64,000 nt of DNA from Pseudomonadota bacterium (GTDB lineage Bacteria > Pseudomonadota > Gammaproteobacteria > Burkholderiales > Burkholderiaceae_E): assembly GCA_041175665.1 (NCBI GenBank), contig JBEDEM010000003.1, forward strand, positions 5,581-69,580. The letters run 5' to 3'. Below, one piece after another: positions 46,943-58,435 of this stretch; within the stretch, counting starts at the first letter, position 1, and each line of letters opens with the position of its first letter. The position numbers and the translations under genes were made by a program. The notes beneath the pieces are model-generated. The model had not been told where the DNA came from, ran no database searches, and worked only from the letters and a program-made list of their open reading frames with translations.

Positions 46943-48058
46943 ATGGGAAATCATCGTAGCACCGACCGTTGGCTTGGGATTGCCGCAGCAATCGTCTTGC
47001 TGATTGCCGCTGTGCTGGTGGTTTTGCCGTTTTTTAGCGCCCTTCTCTGGGCGGCGATTGTGAGTATTACCTTATGGCCGCTGCGCGACTTAATGGCCCA
47101 CAAGATGAGATTGGGTCGTGGTTTGGCTGCGAGTTTCATCAGTCTGGCCTTATTGAGCCTGCTTGTTGCGCCGATAGCAGCGGCAAGCGTTTTGCTTGCG
47201 AACTATACCGAAGACCTTTTAAGCCAAGTCCGCCATCTGATGCAAGACGGACTGCCCGAACCACCGCTATGGCTCGGCACCATCCCACTGCTGGGGCAAT
47301 GGCTTGCTGATCAATGGGCCCACTATCGTCATGATGGGAGCGCGCTGCTTGCGCAGTCCTTAGCGCTGCTCGAGCAACACCGTGGCTTGATTTTGAGCGC
47401 GGCTAGAGAAGTAAGCAGCGGGATCGCTGAACTGCTTATCGCTGTGTTTTTATCGTTTTTTGTTTTACGCGATGGCGAAAGGATCGCGGCCTGGTTAAAC
47501 CAGGGCGCCCGACGACTTTCAGCCGAAGGACCTGAGTTATTGAGCCTTACTGCCCGAACGATTGAAGGCGTCGTCTACGGTATCGTCGGCACGGCCTTGG
47601 TATCGGGCTTATTAGGATGGGCGGGCTATGCCTTGGCAGGCGTGCCCAAAGCATTCACCTTAGGACTACTTACCTTCTTGGGGGCTTTTGTACCCTTTGG
47701 CACAGCGCTTGTTTGGGGGCCAGCGGCATTTTGGCTGCTTCAACAAGGTGAAATGCCCTGGGCCATATTCATGCTGGTCTGGGGTGCTTTGGTTATTTCA
47801 AGTGCAGACAACGTGATTAAACCCATGCTGATTAGCCGAGGTTCGGCCATGCCTTTCGTGCTCACCTTGGTGGGTGCTGTGGGAGGCGTCATTGCCTTCG
47901 GCGTGATCGGGGTATTTTTAGGACCTACATTGATGGCCTTGGCCTGGTTTCTTGTGATGCAGTGGATGGCTCGCGCCTTGCCGATGCCGAATCAGCAAAC
48001 CATTGCTTCAAACCCGAAACACAACGCTGAAGCTGAAGATCAAGACGATGCGCGATGA
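46943..48058 (+). CDS. AI-2E family transporter (PerM/YhhT-like)
   Basis: Eight hydrophobic helices. FVPFGTALVWGPAAFWLL and ISSADNVIKPMLISRG motifs are typical of the family. Confidence 0.82.
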   Translation: MGNHRSTDRWLGIAAAIVLLIAAVLVVLPFFSALLWAAIVSITLWPLRDLMAHKMRLGRGLAASFISLALLSLLVAPIAAASVLLANYTEDLLSQVRHLMQDGLPEPPLWLGTIPLLGQWLADQWAHYRHDGSALLAQSLALLEQHRGLILSAAREVSSGIAELLIAVFLSFFVLRDGERIAAWLNQGARRLSAEGPELLSLTARTIEGVVYGIVGTALVSGLLGWAGYALAGVPKAFTLGLLTFLGAFVPFGTALVWGPAAFWLLQQGEMPWAIFMLVWGALVISSADNVIKPMLISRGSAMPFVLTLVGAVGGVIAFGVIGVFLGPTLMALAWFLVMQWMARALPMPNQQTIASNPKHNAEAEDQDDAR

Positions 48059-48527
48059 TCGGGCCAGTGTAAGCTGAAACCGGCTCGATCAAGTCCCATT
48101 GCAAATCTCGAAACACCTCTCCAAGTGCTGCCGCCAACAACACATCGCCCTCGAGCTTAAGCTTGGACAAAAGCGCTTGCGGACCTTGCTGGACCACTTG
48201 GGCGACCAAACCAGACTCAAAACTCAAGCTGAGGCTCAAGTCGTGGCTTTCAACATGGGCCGCTTCTAGATACCCATCGCGTGCAATACGCATCGACAAG
48301 TGTGAGGGCAGCGCACTGGGCCCATCAATAAGATGAAAGCAAAACGTCTTGCCAGCGAACCCGGCAAGACGTTGAGCAGCCCAAGGGTTTTGTCGAAAAA
48401 GCGCACCCAGCCCGCTAAGACTGAGGCGCTCGATGACTGGCTTAATGGCTTTGACCCATTTGTTGAATGCCAGACAACACCCATCCGCCAGCACCCTGCA
48501 GCGGTTTGCTGAGATTCCAGACTTCAT
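47925..48527 (-). CDS. ubiJ: SCP2-domain ubiquinone biosynthesis accessory factor UbiJ-like protein
   Basis: Lies downstream of ubiE and the Tim44-like gene. QNPWAAQRLAGFAGKTFCF and LKLEGDVLLAAALGEVFRDLQWD match the UbiJ/SCP2 pattern. The start is uncertain (ATG 48527; the ORF is open to 48560). The 3' end overlaps the AI-2E gene by 134 nt. Confidence 0.65.
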   Translation of the reverse strand: MKSGISANRCRVLADGCCLAFNKWVKAIKPVIERLSLSGLGALFRQNPWAAQRLAGFAGKTFCFHLIDGPSALPSHLSMRIARDGYLEAAHVESHDLSLSLSFESGLVAQVVQQGPQALLSKLKLEGDVLLAAALGEVFRDLQWDLIEPVSAYTGPIIAHRLDLQLQRCVSGLKQWFADSASARREPSTASQETRPRPSM

Positions 48528-49464
48528 CGAAGGTCTGTGGCGCCATGTTACGGCCTTCACGGATCAGACCGCTAAAGCGTACGCTTGCCAAATACTCGCC
48601 ATCTTGTGTTTCGATGCCAAGCAACTCAGCATCAAGTCGCACGACTTCGGTGTAGTTCTCGCCCTGGCGTGTACGAATCTCTGCCGCAAACTCTTCAAAC
48701 AACTGGGCTGAGGTGAACTCGCGCAAATCCTCAAGATTCCCAGAGTCATTAGCTGCCTGAAGTCGACGGAAGTGATGCTTGGCGTTTTCAACAAAACCCG
48801 CCACATCAAAATCGGCTGGAACGCCCCAGGGCTGAGAAACAGCAGGCGCAGCAGCCGCCGGCTGATTCATTGAACTGAACAGACCACCCGCTTGAGCAGG
48901 CTGTTGCGCAGCGTTTTGCTGACTGAATAAGCTGTTATTTTGCTGCGCCTGACCATAGCCCTGCTGCGCGCCCGACCCAGCGCCCGCGGCTGCCCAAGCA
49001 GGTTGTGCTGAGGCTGATGAAGCTTGGTTGGCCGCCTGTCGTCTTGCCATCACCATGCGAATAATGAATAAAACTGCCATCACCAAGAGCGCGATCATCA
49101 TGAAGTTTGCAAGCTCTTCACCAAAGCCAAAGTGGGAAGCAAGCGCTGCAAGACCCAAGCCCGCTGCCAGACCGGCGATCGGGCCAAGCCATTTGCTACG
49201 TTGCGACTGGGCTGCCGCTTGGGCGCCGGCGGCTGCAGGGGCAGCAGCCTGAGAGGGTGCAGCTTGAGGCGGCGTAGCCTGCTTTTGAGTGGCAATCGAG
49301 GATTGCTTGCCCGAGGAGCCACCTGATCCTAGACGTTTGCTCGCTTCGGCGTCGGCACTGAAAAGACCGGCTGTCGCAAGCGCAAGAACCATAGCAAGAC
49401 TCAAAGCAACATGCTTTAAATGCTGTGTGAACGATTTAAATCGCGAAGCGATAAAAGAACCCAT
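48442..49464 (-). CDS. Tim44-like domain protein with N-terminal TM helix and Gln/Ala-rich linker
   Basis: The C-terminal region FVENAKHHFRRLQAANDSGNLEDLREFTS...WVLSGIQQ resembles the Tim44 domain. The position between ubiE and ubiJ is the usual betaproteobacterial arrangement. Confidence 0.75.
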   Translation of the reverse strand: MGSFIASRFKSFTQHLKHVALSLAMVLALATAGLFSADAEASKRLGSGGSSGKQSSIATQKQATPPQAAPSQAAAPAAAGAQAAAQSQRSKWLGPIAGLAAGLGLAALASHFGFGEELANFMMIALLVMAVLFIIRMVMARRQAANQASSASAQPAWAAAGAGSGAQQGYGQAQQNNSLFSQQNAAQQPAQAGGLFSSMNQPAAAAPAVSQPWGVPADFDVAGFVENAKHHFRRLQAANDSGNLEDLREFTSAQLFEEFAAEIRTRQGENYTEVVRLDAELLGIETQDGEYLASVRFSGLIREGRNMAPQTFDEVWNLSKPLQGAGGWVLSGIQQMGQSH

Positions 49465-49521
49465 GACTTTTCCTCCTTGAATGTCAAACGGCCAAGCAGA
49501 CCGTCCAGTGAACCAGGACTA

Positions 49522-50256
49522 TTATGGTTTGATGCCCTCATGTAAAGCAACCACGCCACCAGTAAGGTTGGTGTAGCGAACCGCTTCAAGGCCTGCTTCA
49601 CGCATCAACGCTGCCAGGCTCTCCTGGTCAGGGTGCATGCGAATGGATTCGGCTAAATAGCGATAGCTGGCTTCATCACCCGCAACCAGCCGCCCCAAGC
49701 GGGGTAGCACATGAAACGAATATAGGTCATAAAGTTTTTCAAGCGATGGATTGACCTTTGAGAACTCCAAAACCAAGAGCTTCCCGCCAGGTCGCAACAC
49801 CCGCCTCATCTCTGCAAGCGCTTTATCTTTGTGGGTCATGTTGCGTAGGCCAAAGGCCACCGTGACCCGGTCAAAACGATGATCGCAAAAGGGTAAGGCT
49901 TCGGCATCGCATTGAACCGCCTGCGCTTTGAGTCCCGCATCAATTAATCGATCACGGCCGCGAGAAAGCATTGCACCATTAATGTCTGATAACACCACCT
50001 GGCCTTGAGCACCAACCCGCTTAGCCATGGCTAAGGCTAAATCGGCAGTGCCGCCAGCCACATCGAGGACTTCCATGCCCTCACGCAAATCCGCGAAGAA
50101 AACAGCGACATGTTTCCAGATGCGGTGTAATCCGCCCGACATCAAGTCGTTCATTAAGTCGTATCGCGAAGCAACCGAGTCAAAAACACCGGCGACGCGG
50201 GCTGCTTTGTCCTGCCTATTTACCTTGGAGAACCCAAAATCGGTTTGGTCTGCCAT
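49522..50256 (-). CDS. ubiE: Demethylmenaquinone/2-methoxy-6-polyprenyl-1,4-benzoquinol methyltransferase
   Basis: [55 protein letters not shown]. Confidence 0.92.
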   Translation of the reverse strand: MADQTDFGFSKVNRQDKAARVAGVFDSVASRYDLMNDLMSGGLHRIWKHVAVFFADLREGMEVLDVAGGTADLALAMAKRVGAQGQVVLSDINGAMLSRGRDRLIDAGLKAQAVQCDAEALPFCDHRFDRVTVAFGLRNMTHKDKALAEMRRVLRPGGKLLVLEFSKVNPSLEKLYDLYSFHVLPRLGRLVAGDEASYRYLAESIRMHPDQESLAALMREAGLEAVRYTNLTGGVVALHEGIKP

Positions 50257-50307
50257 ATGCCTCAGAAATCAGTGGGTGGGACGATGGTTTGGGCAGGCCT
50301 TGTGCGG

Positions 50308-50661
50308 TCAATCTCTTGATGCATCGGCAGCCTGTAAAGCCTTCAAATAATCGGCCCACATTGCTTCGTATTGTTGGGTGAATCGGTATAACAAATCCCA
50401 GGAATAAAGGCCAGAGTCATGGCCATCGCTAAACACTAATTTCAGTGCATAGTTACCCACGGGTTCGATCGCATGGATGCGGACCTCACGCTTGCCAGTT
50501 TGCAACACCTGTTGTCCTGGGCCATGCCCCTGAACCTCAGCAGAGGGGGAGTGAACGCGCAAAAATTCATAGCTCAGCTTGTAGCGCTTATCTTGGGCAT
50601 ATACAAGCTCAAGCACACAGGATTGCTGGTGCGAAATAATCGATTCAGGGATTGGAGCCAT
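50308..50661 (-). CDS. DUF971 domain protein (gamma-butyrobetaine-hydroxylase-like N-terminal fold)
   Basis: YEFLRVHSPSAEVQGHG ... IEPVGNYALKLVFSDGHDSGLYSWDLLY. The ATG at 50661 overlaps the upstream stop. Confidence 0.75.
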   Translation of the reverse strand: MAPIPESIISHQQSCVLELVYAQDKRYKLSYEFLRVHSPSAEVQGHGPGQQVLQTGKREVRIHAIEPVGNYALKLVFSDGHDSGLYSWDLLYRFTQQYEAMWADYLKALQAADASRD

Positions 50662-53600
50662 CACAGCAATACCCGTTCGATGCCGCCTTGATTGGCCTTT
50701 GCGACGTACTCGGGCAACCATTGCGCGCCAAGTAAATGTTGGGCCATTTCAACAACAATGTAATCGGCTTCCATGCCAGTTACATCTTCATAACGATTCA
50801 AACCTTGTAAACATGAAGGACAAGAGGTCAGCACCTTGATCTTTTCTGCGGGCTTATCCGCGGAAGTTACTGCGGTCTTTACTGCGCGGTTTTCTGCGGG
50901 CTTTACTACATCTTTTATCGCGCTTTTGCGCATCGCCTCGGCCGCTTTGAGCAATTCCTGCTCCTTTCGAAAGCGGACTTGCGTGGCGATTTCGGGACGA
51001 GTGACTGCAAAGGTGCCCGATTCGCCACAACAACGATCATTGCGTTCGATACTGCCATTGATCGACTCATTCATCAATTGATTGACAACCTTGAGTGGCT
51101 GGTATTGCTTCATCGGACTATGGCAGGGATCATGATAGGTGTAGCGCACACCGGTCGCATGTTCGAGTTTCATGCCTTTTTCCATCAAAAACTCGTGAAT
51201 ATCAATAATGCGACAACCGGGGAAGATGTCATGAAATGCATAAGACTGCAGTTGATCAAAACAAGTGCCGCAACTCACAACCACCGTCCGTATATCAAGA
51301 TAGTTGAGTGTATTTGCCACCCTGTGGAAGAGCACTCGATTATCGGTAATGATCTTATCGGCCTTATCAAACTGCCCCGAACCTTTTTGCGGATAGCCAC
51401 AGCATAGATAGCCTGGCGGCAAAACGGTTTGCACGCCAACTTCCCAAAGTAATGCCTGAGTTGCCAGGCCCACCTGCGAAAAAAGACGCTCTGAGCCACA
51501 TCCCGGAAAATAAAAAACCGCCTCACTGTCCACGTGCGTGCTGTGAGGGTTGCGAATAATCGGCACATAACGAGCATCTTCAATGTCGAGCAGTGCACGC
51601 GCTGTTTTTTTCGGCAAATTGCCTGGCAGCTTACGATTCACAAAGTGCAGCACCTGCTCGCGCATCGGCGGTCGCCCTAGACTTGCTTGCGGACGCTCGC
51701 GATTGGGTCGAGAAAAGCGTTTGAGCAAATCGGCAGCAAGCCGTTGTGCTTTAAAACCCACATCAACCATCGCAAGCCGGGTTGCGCGAATCGTATCGGG
51801 ATCGGTTGCGTTAAGGAAGAACATGGCTGCCGCATTGCCAGGGTTGAAGCGCTTTTTGCCCATTTTTCGAAGCAAATTTCGCATGTTCATCGACACATCA
51901 CCGAAGTCGATATCAACCGGGCATGGCGACTCGCATTTGTGACAAACCGTGCAATGATCGGCGACATCTGAAAACTCTTCCCAATGCCGAATCGATACAC
52001 CACGCCGTGTTTGTTCTTCGTAAAGAAAGGCTTCAATAAGCAGCGAGGTCGCAAGAATTTTATTGCGTGGCGAGTAAAGCAAATTGGCGCGTGGCACATG
52101 GGTTGTACAAACAGGCTTGCACTTGCCGCAACGCAAGCAGTCCTTGATTGAGTGGGCGATCGAGCCAATATCTGATTGCTGGAGAATCAATGACTCAGCA
52201 CCCATAAGCCCAAAGCTTGGCGTATAGGCTCGACTCAAATCGGCGCCTTTGAGTAATTTGCCGCGATTAAAGTGCCCGCTCGGATCGATCTTCTTTTTAT
52301 ATTCAGCAAAAGGCCCAAGCTCTTCTTCGGTTAAAAATTCAAGTTTGGTGATGCCAATGCCGTGTTCACCCGAAATCACACCGCCAAGCGATCGCGCAAG
52401 CGCCATAATTTTTACAACAGACGCATTGGCCTGCTGCAACATGCCGTAGTCGTCGGAATTAACAGGAATATTGGTATGAACATTGCCATCGCCTGCGTGC
52501 ATATGCAAAGCGACAAAGACCCGACTGCGCCGCAATCGTGAATGAATCGCGTGGATCGCTTCACGAATCGGTGCAAAGTAAGCCCCCGAAAACAACTCGT
52601 TGAGTGGCTTTAGAACATCTTGACGCCATGCAATCCGAATCGTTCGATCCTGAAGCAGTTCGAAGAGTTTGGGTTCGCGACCTTCGTCGATTGCAGCCTG
52701 CCATGGCGCAATCAACTTGAAATCTGCATCAACTAAGGCATCAACGCCATGAGCCCTTAGGGAAGGTAGCAGGCCTTGCAAAGGCAAATCCATCGAATCG
52801 ATGAGAAAACGCCAACGTGCCATCGCCGTCTCAATGACTTTGCGTGCATCTTCCACACGTTGAACCAGTAAATCGTCAAGGGACTGTTTGGCAAACTCAG
52901 GATCATCGCCTGGCGCAATCGGAAGCTTTGCAACATCTTGTGCTAGAAAATCAAGTACGGCCGTGGCCAAATCGAGCTTGTTCGCGGTGGAAAGCTCGAT
53001 ATTGATTCGATCGATACCGTCTGTATAACGAGCCATCATAGGCAGTGGTATGACCACGTCTTCGTTGATCTTGAATGCGTTGGTATGTCTTGCAATCGCT
53101 GCGGTACGTCCGCGATCTGCCCAAAACGTTTTGCGCGATTCAGCACTGACCGCAATAAAACCTTCGCCACTTCGCAGGTTCGCCAGGCGCACAACCTCGG
53201 CGCTTGCACGAGCAACAGCACTATCATCATCGCCCACGATATCGCCAATCAATACCATCTTCGGCAAGCCACCACGACGCGATTTGGTGGCGTAGCCCAC
53301 CGCACGCAGGTAGCGCTCATCAAGGTGTTCAAGCCCGGCCAATAAAGCGCCTCCTGGGCGCTGATCCAGATAAGCCTTGATTTCGACAATTGAAGGCACG
53401 GCAAGTGCGGCCTGTCCGAAAAACTCAAGACAAACCGTGCGGGTAAACGGAGGCATTCGATGCAAGACCCAGCGCGCCGCGGTGATAAGACCGTCTGTGC
53501 CTTCCTTTTGTACTCCGGGCAGACCGCTTAAAAACTTATCAGTAACATCTTTTCCAAGGCCAAGCTTTCTAAATCGATTGCCAGGAATGCTCAAGTTTTC

Positions 53601-54725
53601 AGATCGAATCGCGCCCCCCTGCATCTGCCCGTTTGCAGCAAGCTGATTGGGTGCGTACCAATGCAATGCGAAATTGGCGACATCGGCATCGTGGATTTTT
53701 CCCAGGTTATGGCCAATTCGGGTCACCTCGAGCCAGTTGCCCTGCGGGTCGACCATGCGCCACCAGGCAAGATTATCGAGCGCCGTTCCCCAGAGTACGG
53801 CCTTTTTGCCCCCAGCGTTCATGGCAATGTTGCCGCCGATGCAAGACGCTTCCCATGATGTCGGGTCGACTGCAAAAACAAAGCCCGCACGATCGGCAGC
53901 TTCAGTCACCCTTTTGGTGACCACACCCGCCTGGGTTTCGATCACCGCGACCTTTTCGGGCAATCCGGGCAAATCAACGAGCTGTACCTCGCCAAGTTGC
54001 TCGAGCTTTTCGGTGTTGATCACTGCAGACATAGGATGCAAAGGAATGGCGCCACCGGTATAACCTGTTCCACCACCTCGAGGGATAATGGTCAAATCCA
54101 GATCGATACAGGCTTTAACAAGGGCGGCCACCTCTGCTTCTGAGTCGGGTGCAAGCACCACAAAAGGATATTCAACCCGCCAGTCGGTCGCATCGGTTAC
54201 GTGCGACACCCGCGACATGGCGTCAAAACAAATATTGTCTTTAGCGGTATGTTTGGCAAGCAGACGCATCGCACGCTTGCGCATCGATGAAGCTTGGGAG
54301 AGTTGCTGTTCAAAATGTGCTACCGCGCGCCTTGCCAACTCGAGCAAAGCCGCTACGTCGCCCGAAAGTCCAGCCCCCTCGTCACCACGCTTTTCGATAT
54401 CACCAAGTCGATGATGCAATGCCTCAATCAGCAAGGCCTGTCGCTTGGGGTTATCGATCAAATCGTCCTGCAAATAAGGGTTGCGCTCGACCACCCAAAT
54501 ATCGCCAAGCACCTCATACAGCATCCGGGCAGAGCGGCCTGTTCTGCGCTGCGAACGCAAGCGCTCAACTAAGGACCAGCCTCGCTCTCCGAGCAAGCGC
54601 ATGACGATTTCTCGATCTGAAAACGAGGTGTAGTTATAGGGGATTTCACGAAGTCGTTGAGCAGACGACGCCTTTGCTTCGGCTTGCTCAATGGGCCTTA
54701 GGGCCTCGGTTAGAGGAGCATTCAT
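50661..54725 (-). CDS. Large FAD-linked oxidase fused to a (Fe-S) GlcF-like domain (DUF3683-type N-terminus, GlcD-like FAD domain, 4Fe-4S and CCG domains)
   Basis: [16 protein letters not shown] (FAD-binding PCMH), [10 protein letters not shown], ferredoxin motifs [11 protein letters not shown] and [12 protein letters not shown], and CCG-type repeats (CCGYP, CCGESG). ATG at 54725 preferred. Confidence 0.85.
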   Translation of the reverse strand: MNAPLTEALRPIEQAEAKASSAQRLREIPYNYTSFSDREIVMRLLGERGWSLVERLRSQRRTGRSARMLYEVLGDIWVVERNPYLQDDLIDNPKRQALLIEALHHRLGDIEKRGDEGAGLSGDVAALLELARRAVAHFEQQLSQASSMRKRAMRLLAKHTAKDNICFDAMSRVSHVTDATDWRVEYPFVVLAPDSEAEVAALVKACIDLDLTIIPRGGGTGYTGGAIPLHPMSAVINTEKLEQLGEVQLVDLPGLPEKVAVIETQAGVVTKRVTEAADRAGFVFAVDPTSWEASCIGGNIAMNAGGKKAVLWGTALDNLAWWRMVDPQGNWLEVTRIGHNLGKIHDADVANFALHWYAPNQLAANGQMQGGAIRSENLSIPGNRFRKLGLGKDVTDKFLSGLPGVQKEGTDGLITAARWVLHRMPPFTRTVCLEFFGQAALAVPSIVEIKAYLDQRPGGALLAGLEHLDERYLRAVGYATKSRRGGLPKMVLIGDIVGDDDSAVARASAEVVRLANLRSGEGFIAVSAESRKTFWADRGRTAAIARHTNAFKINEDVVIPLPMMARYTDGIDRINIELSTANKLDLATAVLDFLAQDVAKLPIAPGDDPEFAKQSLDDLLVQRVEDARKVIETAMARWRFLIDSMDLPLQGLLPSLRAHGVDALVDADFKLIAPWQAAIDEGREPKLFELLQDRTIRIAWRQDVLKPLNELFSGAYFAPIREAIHAIHSRLRRSRVFVALHMHAGDGNVHTNIPVNSDDYGMLQQANASVVKIMALARSLGGVISGEHGIGITKLEFLTEEELGPFAEYKKKIDPSGHFNRGKLLKGADLSRAYTPSFGLMGAESLILQQSDIGSIAHSIKDCLRCGKCKPVCTTHVPRANLLYSPRNKILATSLLIEAFLYEEQTRRGVSIRHWEEFSDVADHCTVCHKCESPCPVDIDFGDVSMNMRNLLRKMGKKRFNPGNAAAMFFLNATDPDTIRATRLAMVDVGFKAQRLAADLLKRFSRPNRERPQASLGRPPMREQVLHFVNRKLPGNLPKKTARALLDIEDARYVPIIRNPHSTHVDSEAVFYFPGCGSERLFSQVGLATQALLWEVGVQTVLPPGYLCCGYPQKGSGQFDKADKIITDNRVLFHRVANTLNYLDIRTVVVSCGTCFDQLQSYAFHDIFPGCRIIDIHEFLMEKGMKLEHATGVRYTYHDPCHSPMKQYQPLKVVNQLMNESINGSIERNDRCCGESGTFAVTRPEIATQVRFRKEQELLKAAEAMRKSAIKDVVKPAENRAVKTAVTSADKPAEKIKVLTSCPSCLQGLNRYEDVTGMEADYIVVEMAQHLLGAQWLPEYVAKANQGGIERVLL

Positions 54726-54864
54726 CAAAACCTGCTTAACGGAGCATTCATGAAAAGATTGTACGTAGACTTTCTCGCATCGCAGCATTTCCCTACAGCG
54801 CGAAGACCGCTTCGTAAGACCGCTTCGTTTTGCTTGCGAGCATCAACAAGGTTTTGAATCATGC

Positions 54865-55374
54865 TCATGGCAGGAGCGATTTCCAGAACTGATCGGGAAC
54901 CTCCATCAGCAACCAGGTCATGATGATGTAGCGTAAACACTTGCCGATCGCAATCCAGGCCAAGCAAGGCCAAAAGGCCAGCCTCAACCAGCCTGCCACC
55001 GCGCATAAAGGGTCACCAACAATCGGCAACCACGCAAGTATGAGCACTTTTGGGCCTAGCCTCTCAAACCAGCCCAAATAACGCTTGCCGCCCTTATTTC
55101 CAAGTGCGCCCATTGCGGCCGCCGCACTTTGAGCGCCTCGTCCCATCCAGTAATCGACCGCACCGCCCAGGGTATTACCCAGCGTTGCCACGGCGATGGT
55201 TAGCCAGAACTGCTCCGGATGCAGCTTGACGTAGCCGAAAACAACCGGCTCCGAACCCATGGGCAGGAGCGTGGCAGAGACAAAAGCTGTGATGAAGACC
55301 GTGGATAAACCAAACTGCGGCAGGGCAAACCAGGCAAGTGCTGCCGCAAGGGCATTTTCTAGGCTTGTGCTCAT
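54865..55374 (-). CDS. YqaA/DedA-related small membrane protein
   Basis: FVSATLLPMGSEPVVF and PIVGDPLCAVAGWLRL motifs; four TM helices. Confidence 0.72.
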   Translation of the reverse strand: MSTSLENALAAALAWFALPQFGLSTVFITAFVSATLLPMGSEPVVFGYVKLHPEQFWLTIAVATLGNTLGGAVDYWMGRGAQSAAAAMGALGNKGGKRYLGWFERLGPKVLILAWLPIVGDPLCAVAGWLRLAFWPCLAWIAIGKCLRYIIMTWLLMEVPDQFWKSLLP

Positions 55375-55427
55375 GGCGTCCAAGCCGATCTAGAATCGAG
55401 GATTGACCGATTTGGGGCATAACGCCG

Positions 55428-56954
55428 ATGCCGATTGACTACTTGAAACGCATTCTCACTGCTCGTGTGTACGACGTGGCGAGAGAGACACCGCTTGAGC
55501 CAGCCCCTGGTCTTTCCACGCGCTTGGGGCATCGCCTGCTGCTCAAACGGGAAGACATGCAAACGGTTTTTTCCTTCAAATTGCGCGGCGCCTACAACAA
55601 AATGGTGCGACTTAGCGAGGAGGAGCGCGCCCGCGGTGTGATTGCTGCCTCGGCGGGTAACCATGCTCAAGGCGTTGCGCTGGCCGCCCAGCACCTCGGT
55701 TGTCGTGCTGTCATTGTCATGCCGGTCACAACGCCGGCGGTGAAAATCGAGGCCGTACGCGCAAGGCAGGCGCAAGTGGTACTTGCCGGGGATAGCTATA
55801 GCGATGCCTACAGTCATGCCCTGAGTTTGCAACACAAGCATGGCTTTAGCTTTGTTCACCCTTTTGATGATCCCGATGTCATTGCCGGCCAAGGCACGAT
55901 CGGGATGGAAATCTTGCGCCAACACCCCGACCCGATCGAAGCCATTTTTGTTGCAATCGGTGGTGGCGGCCTGATTGCCGGGATTGCCGCTTACGTAAAA
56001 CAGATAAGACCAGAGATCAAGATTATTGGGGTACAGACGGACGACTCCAACGCCATGGCCCAGTCACTTGCTTGCGGTGAGCGGGTGGTCTTGTCGGAAG
56101 TGGGACTTTTCTCTGATGGCACAGCGGTGAAGCAGGTGGGCCAAGAAACCTTCGCCCTCGCCCGGCAATTCGTGGATGAGGTGATTTGCGTTAACACCGA
56201 TGCCATTTGTGCCGCAATCAAGGACGTCTTTCAAGACACACGCTCGATCATGGAACCGGCCGGAGCGCTTGCTATTGCGGGCGCAAAGGTCTGGGCCGAA
56301 AGACCCGATCAGGCAAAGCATAAGACCCTGGTGGCGATTGCCTGCGGCGCCAATATGAATTTTGACAGGCTACGCTTTGTGTCTGAAAGGGCCGAGATTG
56401 GCGAGCAGCGAGAGGCTATTTTTGCGGTCACCATCCCTGAGCAACGTGGGTCGTTTAAACGGTTTTGCGCACTGATCGGCGAGCGTAATGTCACCGAATT
56501 CAACTACCGCATGAGCGACTTAAAGCGAGCGCATGTCTTTGTAGGCATTCAAATCCAAGCACGTGATGAAGCTAACGCGATAGCCAGCATCTTTGCCCAA
56601 GAAGGCCTTGAGACGATTAATCTGACCGATGATGAAATGGCCAAACTTCACATCAGACATTTGGTCGGAGGCAGCTCAAGCCATGCCAAAGATGAGCGCC
56701 TCTTTCGATTTGAGTTTCCTGAACGCCCCGGTGCTTTGTCACGATTTCTGACCCAGATGCGGCCTGACTGGAATATCTCGCTTTTTCACTACCGAAATCA
56801 CGGTGCTGATTTCGGCAGGGTACTTGTTGGGCTTCAAGTACCCCAAGCCGATGAAGCAGCATTCCAACACTTTCTTGCTGGTTTGGGCTATCCGCATCTG
56901 GAGGAAACCAACAATCCAGCCTATCATCTGTTTTTACGCCCTAACCGGCCATAA
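55428..56954 (+). CDS. ilvA: Biosynthetic threonine ammonia-lyase
   Basis: LKREDMQTVFSFKLRGAYNKM (PLP lysine), ASAGNHAQGVA, GGGGLIAG, plus two C-terminal ACT-like regulatory repeats; 508 aa. Confidence 0.92.
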   Translation: MPIDYLKRILTARVYDVARETPLEPAPGLSTRLGHRLLLKREDMQTVFSFKLRGAYNKMVRLSEEERARGVIAASAGNHAQGVALAAQHLGCRAVIVMPVTTPAVKIEAVRARQAQVVLAGDSYSDAYSHALSLQHKHGFSFVHPFDDPDVIAGQGTIGMEILRQHPDPIEAIFVAIGGGGLIAGIAAYVKQIRPEIKIIGVQTDDSNAMAQSLACGERVVLSEVGLFSDGTAVKQVGQETFALARQFVDEVICVNTDAICAAIKDVFQDTRSIMEPAGALAIAGAKVWAERPDQAKHKTLVAIACGANMNFDRLRFVSERAEIGEQREAIFAVTIPEQRGSFKRFCALIGERNVTEFNYRMSDLKRAHVFVGIQIQARDEANAIASIFAQEGLETINLTDDEMAKLHIRHLVGGSSSHAKDERLFRFEFPERPGALSRFLTQMRPDWNISLFHYRNHGADFGRVLVGLQVPQADEAAFQHFLAGLGYPHLEETNNPAYHLFLRPNRP

Positions 56955-57031
56955 ATGTGAGCGACGAAGAGACTTAATCCTCGATTCATCAGACCACCCA
57001 CGATAAAGCACAACCCCTCCCCCATTTGACC

Positions 57032-58354
57032 ATGCATTTGCTCACCCTCGGACTCAACCACCAAAGCGCGCCTCTCGCGATGCGTGAAAGGGTGGCCTTC
57101 GCCGGGGAAAGCTTAGTCAAAGCTGCTCATGATCTGAAGTCAAGGGCGGGTGAACTGCTTCGGGAGTCGGCCATCCTGTCAACCTGCAATCGCACTGAGA
57201 TTTACTGTGCAACCCCACAACCGCAAGCTGCCTCGCAGGCCCTTGAACAGTGGATTGCCTCTCACGGTGGACTAAAAGCGGGCGATATCCGAAGCCATAC
57301 CTACACGCTCCCTGGCGACCAAACCGTACGACACGCTTTTCGGGTGGCCAGTGGACTCGACTCGATGGTGCTGGGCGAAGCGCAAATCCTCGGTCAAATG
57401 AAAGACGCCGTACGAACGGCCCAAGAGGCTCGCTCCTTGGGTCCGCACTTGCATCAACTCTTCCAACGTAGCTTTGCCGTCGCTAAGGAAGTTCGAACTC
57501 AAACCGAAATTGGATCGCAATCGGTGTCGCTGGCCGCAGCCGCTGTGCGCCTCGCTGAACGAATTTTTGAGCGTCTTGAAGACACGCGTGTCTTATTTGT
57601 GGGCGCTGGCGAAATGATCGAGCTTGCGGCCACCCATTTTGCAGCGCGCCATCCCAAGGCGATGCTCGTGGCAAACCGCAGCCTTGACCGCGCACAACGG
57701 CTTGCGCGTCGCTTTGCTGCTCAAAGCATGGAACTCTCCGAGCTTTCAACCCGCCTGCATGAATTTGACATTGTGGTCAGCTGTACGGCGAGTTCGCTAC
57801 CCATCATGGGGCTTGGTATGGTCGAACGCGCGCTTAAGGCGCGACGTCATAAGCCTTTATTTATGGTCGATCTTGCCGTGCCACGCGACATCGAACCTGA
57901 AGTTTGCAGGCTACCCGACGTCTTCCTCTATACCGTCGATGATTTAGGCGAAGTCGTGCGCCAGGGCATGGCTAACCGTCGCCAGGCGGCCTCACAGGCC
58001 GAGGCAATCATCGAGGCTCGGGTTGAACATTTCATGCACTGGTTGGCAAGAAGACGTGCAGTGCCTGCGATTCAAGAACTACACGAAAAGGCCCAAGCGC
58101 TGCGTCGGCTTGAGCTTGAGCGCGCCATGCGCTTACTTGCCAGGGGCGAGGATCCAGGCCGAGTGATCGAAGGCTTATCGCTCGCCTTAACAGCGAAGTT
58201 CTTGCATGGCCCAACCCAAATGCTGCAAGACGCAGCAGGTCTTGGCACCCAGGCCCAAGACGCGCACTGGTTACCCAATCGCGCCCACGGGAAACGCCTT
58301 GACCGTTTAAGTCGCTCAAGCAAACGCTTAAATCTGCGCAACGCAGAGTCTTAG
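57032..58354 (+). CDS. hemA: Glutamyl-tRNA reductase
   Basis: [28 protein letters not shown] (catalytic Cys), [19 protein letters not shown] stop. Followed by prfA-prmC as in many proteobacteria. Confidence 0.92.
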   Translation: MHLLTLGLNHQSAPLAMRERVAFAGESLVKAAHDLKSRAGELLRESAILSTCNRTEIYCATPQPQAASQALEQWIASHGGLKAGDIRSHTYTLPGDQTVRHAFRVASGLDSMVLGEAQILGQMKDAVRTAQEARSLGPHLHQLFQRSFAVAKEVRTQTEIGSQSVSLAAAAVRLAERIFERLEDTRVLFVGAGEMIELAATHFAARHPKAMLVANRSLDRAQRLARRFAAQSMELSELSTRLHEFDIVVSCTASSLPIMGLGMVERALKARRHKPLFMVDLAVPRDIEPEVCRLPDVFLYTVDDLGEVVRQGMANRRQAASQAEAIIEARVEHFMHWLARRRAVPAIQELHEKAQALRRLELERAMRLLARGEDPGRVIEGLSLALTAKFLHGPTQMLQDAAGLGTQAQDAHWLPNRAHGKRLDRLSRSSKRLNLRNAES

Positions 58355-58435
58355 CGACGCCCGACTTGAGCTGCCGCTTCTTGTCGGCAGATTGCTTCTT
58401 GACTCCCCTAAAAGCCCAGCCAGGCTACAGATCCC

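Noticed and set aside
48850-49330. Repetitive-looking GC-rich stretch in the Tim44-like gene as a possible non-coding repeat or CRISPR-like array
   Set aside because: It is a continuous coding region for a Gln/Ala/Pro-rich linker (AAPSQAAAPAAAGAQAAAQ..). There are no regular repeat-spacer units, and the antisense ORFs there are shadows.
50836-50910. Dispersed short repeat (tttctgcgggctt at 50843 and 50891, plus ttactgcgg echoes) inside the large FAD/Fe-S oxidoreductase gene
   Set aside because: It encodes a short low-complexity linker ([22 protein letters not shown]) between domains. It is in frame, imperfect and unremarkable, with no evidence of a separate element.
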